Positions 19,977 to 28,463 of a stretch of 64,000 nucleotides of DNA are shown one piece after another. The notes under the pieces are model-generated. The model ran no database searches. It was not told the origin of the DNA and saw nothing but the letters and a program-made list of their open reading frames with translations. This stretch comes from Candidatus Avispirillum faecium (GTDB lineage: Bacteria > Bacillota > Clostridia > Oscillospirales > CAG-272): positions 12,607 through 76,606 of the forward strand of contig CAJFOI010000022.1 of the NCBI GenBank assembly GCA_904396155.1, in the 5' to 3' direction. The translations under genes were made by a program, and so were the position numbers. The stretch's first letter is position 1. Each line of letters starts with the position of its first letter.

Positions 19977-20814
19977 TGTGGACTTGTCACGATTCAATTC
20001 TTTCCAAAGTTTATCTTGTGTCGAAAGCTATTTGCTGTATATTTTGAGTACCAATAATTATGATTATAGGTATCTATATGCACTAAGCTATGTGAGTTTT
20101 TCTGAGATAATGAACTACTTTTTTAACGAAAGGAAACGGTTTGAGTATTATAATGGGGTCCCTAGATTACAACAAATAGCAAGTAAGTATAATATAATTT
20201 TAATAAAAGATTTTGACAAACTAAGTATAAATATAGACTCAAAACATGATTATTACTTATTGAGACTTTGCCCGGAATATATTGAAGAAACTTACGGAGA
20301 AGTAACATGGCGTGACGACCATTATGTGCTATTAGCGAACTACAATGATTCAATGTGGACATACATTAATGATGACCCGCGAGATTGTAGAACATTAAAC
20401 TATAATGAAATGTTAACTGCATATGCAGGCAGTTTGATAAGAATTGATCTGGTAAGTGGCATAACGGATAAAATGAAAGATTTGTTGCTACAAGGATTTC
20501 TTGATAGCATGTCCGAAAATAAAAAAACATTTTCAATACCTTCAGTGGATGATATCATTGCTGCGAGAAATGCGCTGGCAGTTTTACGAATACTCAGACG
20601 AAGGATATACGAATATTGTTTTCAGTTTATCTGCTGCGACTTTATGGTAGATTATTTAAACGAATTGGACAAGCAATTTTCACTGATAGAGTATATGCGG
20701 TTGCGTAATAGAGTCAATTATAGCAAAATTGATAATATGTTTTCGACGTTGCAGCAAAAAGATTCAAAAATTATAGAAGCAATAAATGGAAAGATGTGTG
20801 AAAACTATGGATAA
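19963..20814 (+). CDS. Papain-fold protein, BtrH-N-like (putative ACP-dependent acyltransferase)
   Basis: N-terminal SCVE, later HYVLL and YIND; adjacent to an ACP. Confidence 0.5.
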   Translation: MKNIDVDLSRFNSFQSLSCVESYLLYILSTNNYDYRYLYALSYVSFSEIMNYFFNERKRFEYYNGVPRLQQIASKYNIILIKDFDKLSINIDSKHDYYLLRLCPEYIEETYGEVTWRDDHYVLLANYNDSMWTYINDDPRDCRTLNYNEMLTAYAGSLIRIDLVSGITDKMKDLLLQGFLDSMSENKKTFSIPSVDDIIAARNALAVLRILRRRIYEYCFQFICCDFMVDYLNELDKQFSLIEYMRLRNRVNYSKIDNMFSTLQQKDSKIIEAINGKMCENYG

Positions 20815-21046
20815 AGAATATGAAATTATTAAGGTTATTTCGTCAGTTTCTCCTTTTTCTGACGAAGATATAAGCTTAGAAGATGAGCTTGCTTCAATCG
20901 GAATTGATTCGTTAAAGAAAGTAGAGTTAATAGTAGCTATTGAAGATGCCTTTAGTATAGTCTTTGAGGATGCGGATCTTGATCCCGTACAGTTAGTAAG
21001 TGTATCTGATTTTGTAAAACTGGCTGAAAAGTATTTAAACAGGTAA
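20807..21046 (+). CDS. Acyl carrier protein
   Basis: GIDSL motif; small and acidic. Confidence 0.9.
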   Translation: MDKEYEIIKVISSVSPFSDEDISLEDELASIGIDSLKKVELIVAIEDAFSIVFEDADLDPVQLVSVSDFVKLAEKYLNR

Positions 21047-21052
21047 TTTGAT

Positions 21053-22492
21053 ATGTGGAGCTTTGTAGAAAACTGTTTGAAGCGTTATCCGGAAGCGAAA
21101 ATCATATTTGGTGAACAAACACTTTTTTACCGTGAAATGCAAGATAATGTAGTGCTGCATGGAGAAAATTTGAAATCAGCATTAAAACCAAGGGCGAAAT
21201 GTGTAATTCTATGCGACTCTGGGCTAAATGCTGCCAAGGCTATTCTTGCATGTTGGTACGCTGATATGATCGCAATTCCCCTGTCAAAAAATTACGGTCA
21301 GGATCACTGCAACAAAATTATTAGTTTGACTGATCCGGATATTCTTCTTACAGATAACGATGATTGTTTATATAGGTATACATATAATTTAAAGAAAAAA
21401 ACTTTTTTGGGAAAACGTGACGAAATAAATCTGGAATCGGAATTAAACGATATTGTCCTAATCATGTGCACTTCGGGAACTACAGGGAATCCTAAAGGTG
21501 CGATGATAACCAAAGACGGCTTACAAAAAAATGTTAAGGGAATAGCGCAGTATTTTGATATAAACGATACAGACACTATACTTATTGCAAGACCGCTGTA
21601 TCATTGCGCTGTTTTAACAGGTGAATTTCTTGTCTCGCTTTTTAAAGGAGTTAATATTGCATTTCTTGATGAAGCTTATAATCCAGTAAATGTCATTTCT
21701 TATATGAGTAAATGTAACGCAACAACGATTTGCGGCACACCGACTTTGCTAAATCATATTTCAAGACTTATAAAGCTTAATTATCGAGAAAATTTAATCA
21801 AAAAAATTGCTATAAGCGGTGAGTGTCTCAGTACCAGCATCGCAAAAAACATCAGAGATGTTTTTCCAAATACGGACATATACAGCATATATGGGTTGAC
21901 AGAAGCATCACCCCGTGTCTCATATCTGCCTCCGGCAGATTTTGACAAGTATTCAGAATCTGTGGGTATTCCGATAAACGGAGTAAGAATTAAAATTATT
22001 GATACGCAAACCGGTGTCGATTTGCCGGAAAATAGTCGTGGACTTGTTATGGTTTCATCTCCTAGCTTAATGAAGGGGTATTATAAAGATCAGAGTTTAT
22101 CACAGAAAACTATTGTGAACGGGTGGCTTAATACCCATGATATCGGATATAAAGATGAAAACGGTTACTTATATATTCTTGGACGAGCTGATGATATGAT
22201 CATAAAAGCCGGTATGAATATTTATCCAAGAGAAATTGAAAATGCAATCAATAAATTACCTGAGATTTCAGAATGCTTGGCGTACGGCAAGAAAGGTTTA
22301 TTGGGAGAGGATATTATTATTGATATTGTCTTACCAAAGGAGATCAAAAACATTAGTAAAAAAGACCTAATGGCAAAGATTAAGGAAATTTTACCTTCAT
22401 ACTTAATGCCATCAAGTATAAATATCGTTGATACAATTCCCCGGAATGCTTCGGGAAAGTTGATACGCAGTAAGAGGTTTCATAATGAATAA
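21053..22492 (+). CDS. AMP-binding (acyl-adenylate-forming) ligase
   Basis: TSGTTGNPKG, YGLTE, GRADD, GK motifs. Confidence 0.92.
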   Translation: MWSFVENCLKRYPEAKIIFGEQTLFYREMQDNVVLHGENLKSALKPRAKCVILCDSGLNAAKAILACWYADMIAIPLSKNYGQDHCNKIISLTDPDILLTDNDDCLYRYTYNLKKKTFLGKRDEINLESELNDIVLIMCTSGTTGNPKGAMITKDGLQKNVKGIAQYFDINDTDTILIARPLYHCAVLTGEFLVSLFKGVNIAFLDEAYNPVNVISYMSKCNATTICGTPTLLNHISRLIKLNYRENLIKKIAISGECLSTSIAKNIRDVFPNTDIYSIYGLTEASPRVSYLPPADFDKYSESVGIPINGVRIKIIDTQTGVDLPENSRGLVMVSSPSLMKGYYKDQSLSQKTIVNGWLNTHDIGYKDENGYLYILGRADDMIIKAGMNIYPREIENAINKLPEISECLAYGKKGLLGEDIIIDIVLPKEIKNISKKDLMAKIKEILPSYLMPSSINIVDTIPRNASGKLIRSKRFHNE

Positions 22493-22934
22493 TGTAAATA
22501 TGAATCCAAACAATTTAAAGCTTTAGACGAGTATAATAATTTTATATAAAAATTAGACGGATTTGTGCTTGTGAAGGGATCTTCCAGATCAATTATTACT
22601 GTAGTGAAAAAAGGTTCTCCTATTTTATAAAGATGAAAGATAGAGGGAAAACAAAAGAAAATAAATTTCTAAAATAGCATCTGTAACGATAGTAGTAAAA
22701 TAGTTGAATCTTTGCTGTTAAAAGTTATCTTTAATAATTATACGAAAAAACTATGTTGTTGATGAAATGTAATACCTTTTGATATTAGTTATTTCTTGGG
22801 TAAGGATTTATAAGAACTATAGTCGGAGTTAAATAAAGAAATAATCCAATCTTATTTACAAATCAATAAATTTAACAATTACCCCAATGGAAAGTGTAGT
22901 ATTTAGTTAAAGTATTGAAAGAAATGGTACCGAT

Positions 22935-23186
22935 ATGATGAAATATGAAAAGAGGATTCGTGAAATTATTGCAGCAAATTTAAAGACAAAAATAGATATT
23001 GATGATTATGATGCAAATGGAGATTTGCGTAATATTGGGATGAATTCTATTTTATTTGTATCAATAGTTGTTGCTATAGAAAATGAATTTGGGATTAATT
23101 TTCCAGATGACAAACTGCTTATTTCTGAAGCTGGAACAATTTTATTGCTTAATCAAATTTTGGAAAGTATTATTGTTAATTATTAA
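22935..23186 (+). CDS. Acyl carrier protein (NS variant)
   Basis: GMNSILFVSIVVAIENEFGI. Confidence 0.8.
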   Translation: MMKYEKRIREIIAANLKTKIDIDDYDANGDLRNIGMNSILFVSIVVAIENEFGINFPDDKLLISEAGTILLLNQILESIIVNY

Positions 23187-23310
23187 AAAATGTTTACCTA
23201 CCTTTTAACTCCTTAAATTCTATCAAAACGTTATATTTATCTTTTTAATTTTTTATAATAATGTAGATATTGTTAAAACTATTGTATTTTAAAATAAAGG
23301 ATTAATTTAA

Positions 23311-24042
23311 ATGGAATTTACTTATTCGAATTATAAAATATTATTAAAAAGCATTATTGATACTGGAAAATATATGGATTATTCAGTGGTTAATAATAGT
23401 ATTCCTAACTTTATTGTTTTACGTCATGATATAGAATTTTCATTGAAAAAAGCTTTAATAATGTCAGAAATAGAGAAACAATTTGGAATAGTTTCTAGCT
23501 ATTTTATCCAAATACAAAATGATTTTTACAATGCTTTATCTAACGAAAGCATAAAGATAATTCAACAAATAAATGCCAACAACCACTATATTGGATTGCA
23601 TTATCATTTGAGCAACAAAAATTCTTTTGATTTTTCGGAGATAAGTAATGAAATACAAAGACAGTGTGGAGTTTTGTCTCAGTTTTTGAATATACCTATT
23701 ACCCGATTTTCTATTCATAAACCCACTGAACAAATTTTAAAAAATACAATCAAAATAAAAAATATAATTAATACCTATGATCCGCTATATTTTACTTATA
23801 TTCCTAATTTTGAAACCAAATTTGAAAATGAGATCAATGTTAAATATTATGCAGATTCTTCTATAAAATGGAAGTATGGGATACCTACTAAAAAAAATTT
23901 TGAAAAATTTAATCGAATTCAAATATTAATACATCCATATTCTTGGTATTCTAGTAAAAAAACTTATGATGAAATATCAGAACTTACAATTGCTGATAGG
24001 GTAAAAGAAATAATTACAATTTATGAAAAAGAACAAAAATAA
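23311..24042 (+). CDS. Polysaccharide-deacetylase-like (CE4/NodB-fold) protein
   Basis: LRHDIE, IGLH, H.P and LIHP motifs. Confidence 0.65.
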   Translation: MEFTYSNYKILLKSIIDTGKYMDYSVVNNSIPNFIVLRHDIEFSLKKALIMSEIEKQFGIVSSYFIQIQNDFYNALSNESIKIIQQINANNHYIGLHYHLSNKNSFDFSEISNEIQRQCGVLSQFLNIPITRFSIHKPTEQILKNTIKIKNIINTYDPLYFTYIPNFETKFENEINVKYYADSSIKWKYGIPTKKNFEKFNRIQILIHPYSWYSSKKTYDEISELTIADRVKEIITIYEKEQK

Positions 24043-24974
24043 TGGAGAAAGTATATATGCAATATAAAGTTATAGTGATAGGAACAACAGATTTCACTTA
24101 TCAATTACTAAAACGAATACATAAAAAAATTGTACCTATTGATCTTATTGTTACAATTTCAAATGATGTAACAAAAAAAAATCATATATCCAACTATACA
24201 TCATTAGATAAGTATGCCTGGGAAAACAAAATAGAACTATTCAAAGCGCCCAGTTATTATTTGAATGATGACGTTTCCTGTGAATTCTTTAGAAACAATT
24301 CGTTTGATTTAGGTATATCGGCTGGTTGGCAAAGGAAGATACCTCCAAACATATTAAGTGCAGTGAAATATGGGATATATGGATTTCATGGAAGCTGTGG
24401 ATATTTACCATATGGTAGAGGAAGATCACCCTTTAATTGGTCCATTATTAATGGAGATAACAGAATTATACAAAACCTTTTTAAGTATGATGATAATTTT
24501 GATTCACCAAATATTTTTTCAAAGAAAATGTTTGAAATAAATCATCATGATACCATACAGACAATACAGTTTAAATCAATAATCATTGCAGTTAGGCAAA
24601 TAAAAGAACTTTATACTGCTTATCAAGAAGAATATATACCCATTAACACTGAAAGTTATGATTTTGACTTGTGGTATGAAAAGAGAACACCTTCTAGCGG
24701 GAAAATAAATTTTCATGATAAAACAAGAGAGATATATAATTTAATTCGCGCTACTACAAGACCTTTTCCGGGAGCATTTGCATACACAGCTAAAGGAAAA
24801 GTTTGTATATGGAAGGCCCACCCTTTTGATTCTATTATTGATTTTTCAAAGTATCAACCTGGACAAATAATAGACGTAATAAATAATATGCCAATTGTTA
24901 GAACAATAGATGGTTCTTTAATAATTAAGGAATATGAGGGGGCTTTACTATCGACAAGAGATATCTTATATTAA
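24042..24974 (+). CDS. Formyltransferase (Fmt/ArnA-like, probably sugar N-formyltransferase)
   Basis: GWQRKIP, GFHGS..LP.GRGRSP.NW, LIRATTRPFPGAF. Confidence 0.85.
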   Translation: MEKVYMQYKVIVIGTTDFTYQLLKRIHKKIVPIDLIVTISNDVTKKNHISNYTSLDKYAWENKIELFKAPSYYLNDDVSCEFFRNNSFDLGISAGWQRKIPPNILSAVKYGIYGFHGSCGYLPYGRGRSPFNWSIINGDNRIIQNLFKYDDNFDSPNIFSKKMFEINHHDTIQTIQFKSIIIAVRQIKELYTAYQEEYIPINTESYDFDLWYEKRTPSSGKINFHDKTREIYNLIRATTRPFPGAFAYTAKGKVCIWKAHPFDSIIDFSKYQPGQIIDVINNMPIVRTIDGSLIIKEYEGALLSTRDILY

Positions 24975-25055
24975 TGCTTTATAATATATTTAAAAATTTT
25001 AATTGGGCAGCATCATCCTTATATTTTTATATGACTTATGTAAAAGGTGTAATAT

Positions 25056-28000
25056 ATGAATTTACTAAATAATCTACAAAGATATTATCCATTAATAAGT
25101 ATTTTACAAGTAAATAAAATATTAAATAAATCAATTATTCGAGAATTAAAAGTAGATGACTATTATATTATAGAAAATTTTTGTAATAGTGAATATTTAA
25201 CAAATATTTCCGTAAAAGCTGAAAAAGCGCTTTGTCAAGATGAAAGCGTAGACTCTATTATATTATACTATTTGGCACATATAGAATATGGAAAGCATGT
25301 TGTATTAAGTGATACATTGATAAAAATAATTAATGAAAATCTATTTTATTGTGGTCAATATCGGGTTCCGTATTTAGATGTAAGACAGATGATTTTAGAA
25401 ACGAATAAATATTCATCAGGTGAGATAGTACTTCTTAACGTGATAATAAATACTTGCTATAGTAAACCAGGTATCGTTGGTTCAAATGTAGATATGTATA
25501 AATTAAAAGAGTATAATGAAGATGTGAGTAAAATAATTAACCAGCATACCAACGTAGGTTCAGATGGATTTAACAATGAATATTTGATTTCACAAATGAA
25601 AGGTGGGCTGTCTATTGATGTTTTATTGGGGTGTCCAATGGGGTGTGCTTATTGTTATAGAATAGATAGTGAATATTCTGAAGAGTATATCGAGCATTGG
25701 CACCCTGACTCTAGAATTTGTAGCGAAGTAATTATTGAACGCTTAATGTCGCATCCATGGTTTACCCCACATGTTACTCCTCTTGGAATACATATGTCTA
25801 CTACTGAAGCTTTTTTGCCTCAAATATGGCCAATTACATTAGAAATACTCAATTTACTTGAAAAGTATAAATTAACTAATAGGGTTAGTATAATAACGAA
25901 ATGGTTTTTGGATGAAGAACAAATATTGAAATTGGAACAATTCAAATATATAGATATAGATATTTGTGTTTGCTATTCAGGCATGCCTACTAATATAGAA
26001 CCAAGTAGTTCTAAAAAAAGATTAGGCTTTTTGAAAAGACTAGTGGATTCTAAGTCGCCTCATATCCATGCAATAGCGTATTATAGACCAATAATCGAAG
26101 GATATAATACTTCAGAACGAATTATTAATGAGGTGGTTTCTGATATAAAGAATACTGGTGTGAAAGTAATTGTATTAGGCGGTTTGAAATTTTCAAAAAA
26201 ACATAGAAATTATTTCTTGTCTAAGGGTTTCCCCCTTCCTCGTGGTAATTTTTTGCCTGGGAAAAAAGTTTTACAGGACAAGACAGTATCAAAAATTATG
26301 AAGGCTTTTAAGAATGTTTATGCTGGTGAACCGATTCCTTATATTTTAAGAAGATCCTCTTGCTCAAGAATCATAGCTCACGGTAATAAATACCCTGATT
26401 ATAATGCACATTGGTATAATAAACAAAAAAATTGTATGCTAAATTGTGATCATTATGATATTTGCTCAAAGTGTTTGCCGCCGCAAACTGAAATTGTTTT
26501 AGACTTATTGGAAAGAATTAATAAAGCAAATATAAAATATGTTATAACAAATAATGCATTAATATTATTTACACATATTACCATGTTTGAAAAAACATTT
26601 ATCACTCAAAATATATTTTTCCCTGTTTTGGATTTGTATTCTTTACAAGCTTTGAATGATGAGGGGAAAAATGAACTTCTTTCTAATTATAAACATTATA
26701 TTATTGAATCAATTAGTTTAATAGAAGATGAAGAAGTATATCTATCTTTGTTAAAACTAACAAATATTGATGATTATTCGCGGATAGTTGATTTAATTTA
26801 TAAGAAAATATTGGGTCAAAAGGTAAGCTTAAAACTTTGGTTTGAGGTAAAATGGTCTTACTTATTATTACAATATAAAAATTCTAAAACCGAGGAAAAT
26901 GAACTAAAAATAGTATTAAACTGTATATTGGCATTGATAGATGATTATGTTAAATCTTTAGCTCATGAAAATTTATCACCTGAATATGTATGGGCCATAG
27001 ATGATTCAGGGAGGAATATAATTCATTTGCTAGCTGATAAATTGTTAGAATTAAATTTTGCAACTATAATTGAAGAAACTGACGACGCATGGATATCATA
27101 TGCAGATAGTTATTTTTGTACTGAAAGCTATAATATGTATTCTGATATAAGAAAAATTGGATATGTTTTAGTAATCAAATCACTTTTGTCAAAATACTAT
27201 ATTAATCGTCTTATCTATCCTCTTAATATTGGAATTGTTATTCCTATGTATAATGAGAAGAATACCATTTTGGGACCGACTGAATGTGACGAAGGAAAAA
27301 ACTCTATTTTTGTTAAGTATAAACAAATTGAATGGTTAACTAGCAATTCAAAAATAAAGTGTGATTTTTTGTATGTTGATGATTTTGATCCTAACGGTTC
27401 TGGCGAAATTGCGATGTCAGTTATCAAAAATTCACATGAACTAACTAAGAGAGTTAGAGTTGTTAGCCTGAGTTCAATAATGGCTGACGCCAGTGAAAAC
27501 AACAAATCTGAAAACCCAATAAAAAGATATAAATCAGATGATGGTGAATGGAAGAAAGGTGGGAGTGTATTATGGGGAATGTATGAATTGGCTAAACAAA
27601 ACTATGATTATGTTGCATTTTGCGATTGTGACTTGTTATATCCTTTGGAGCAACTAGGCTTATTATTAGACTTATGTATGAATAATGGTGGAATTTCGGT
27701 AGCATCTAGAAAACTTGATAATTCATTTGGATATTATAATGCGAATGGTATGGATAAAATAGCATTAAAGTATCAACAGTCAATTAAAAGTGTATTTAAT
27801 ATTGAAATAAATGATATCCAGGCTGGATTTAAATGTATGAGTAGTAATGTAGCATTAAAAATTATACCTCAAACTTTTGATAGAAGTCTAAGTTTTGATG
27901 TTGAATTACTATCATTAGCTCAGCAATATGGATATTCAATTAATGAAGTAGGAGTATTAACATTACATGTATATAAGATAGGTAAGGTTCGTACTGCTCG

Positions 28001-28097
28001 AAACTATCTTAAAATGTTTAATAATGCAGTTCAAATTGGTCAGATTCATAATACTTGTGATAAAATTTATGATGATTTGCCGATTTTTCAAGAATAA
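25056..28097 (+). CDS. Radical SAM - GT2 glycosyltransferase fusion
   Basis: CPMGCAYC; C-terminal VIPMYNE, VDD, DCD, DIQAGFK, FDVELL. Confidence 0.8.
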   Translation: MNLLNNLQRYYPLISILQVNKILNKSIIRELKVDDYYIIENFCNSEYLTNISVKAEKALCQDESVDSIILYYLAHIEYGKHVVLSDTLIKIINENLFYCGQYRVPYLDVRQMILETNKYSSGEIVLLNVIINTCYSKPGIVGSNVDMYKLKEYNEDVSKIINQHTNVGSDGFNNEYLISQMKGGLSIDVLLGCPMGCAYCYRIDSEYSEEYIEHWHPDSRICSEVIIERLMSHPWFTPHVTPLGIHMSTTEAFLPQIWPITLEILNLLEKYKLTNRVSIITKWFLDEEQILKLEQFKYIDIDICVCYSGMPTNIEPSSSKKRLGFLKRLVDSKSPHIHAIAYYRPIIEGYNTSERIINEVVSDIKNTGVKVIVLGGLKFSKKHRNYFLSKGFPLPRGNFLPGKKVLQDKTVSKIMKAFKNVYAGEPIPYILRRSSCSRIIAHGNKYPDYNAHWYNKQKNCMLNCDHYDICSKCLPPQTEIVLDLLERINKANIKYVITNNALILFTHITMFEKTFITQNIFFPVLDLYSLQALNDEGKNELLSNYKHYIIESISLIEDEEVYLSLLKLTNIDDYSRIVDLIYKKILGQKVSLKLWFEVKWSYLLLQYKNSKTEENELKIVLNCILALIDDYVKSLAHENLSPEYVWAIDDSGRNIIHLLADKLLELNFATIIEETDDAWISYADSYFCTESYNMYSDIRKIGYVLVIKSLLSKYYINRLIYPLNIGIVIPMYNEKNTILGPTECDEGKNSIFVKYKQIEWLTSNSKIKCDFLYVDDFDPNGSGEIAMSVIKNSHELTKRVRVVSLSSIMADASENNKSENPIKRYKSDDGEWKKGGSVLWGMYELAKQNYDYVAFCDCDLLYPLEQLGLLLDLCMNNGGISVASRKLDNSFGYYNANGMDKIALKYQQSIKSVFNIEINDIQAGFKCMSSNVALKIIPQTFDRSLSFDVELLSLAQQYGYSINEVGVLTLHVYKIGKVRTARNYLKMFNNAVQIGQIHNTCDKIYDDLPIFQE

Positions 28098-28463
28098 TTC
28101 AAATTTACGAGTACATAAGTTCTCAGGTTGTCTTTTAATTTTTATGTTCTCCTCCGGCTTTGCCGGAGGAGGAACCCAAGAGGAAAACATTGCTTAATAC
28201 ATCGAACAACTCGAATTAATAAATTATCTGAGTAAACGTCAATTAAGTTTTAAATTGTCTGTTATAGTTGGTAACGAAAATATTGTAAGTAGAGTACTAT
28301 TTCTAATACCCTTTAGATTGTGTCAATAAGATATCCACTTTGATCTTTCAAGTATCTAACTTTTATCGTGACAAGATTTAATATGAAAACATTTAACTAT
28401 ATCAGCAGTTATTATATAGTAAAACTAGTAAAATATTAAGAACTCGCACTAAACGAGGTATAT

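Noticed and set aside
22485-22934. Possible precursor peptide or gene between the ligase and the second ACP
   Set aside because: Only very short frames with many stops; nothing supportable.
25056-28097. Viperin or RiPP (SPASM) maturase
   Set aside because: The motif context does not resemble either family by eye, and there is no evident RRE or Cys-rich precursor; the viperin mention is an analogy only.
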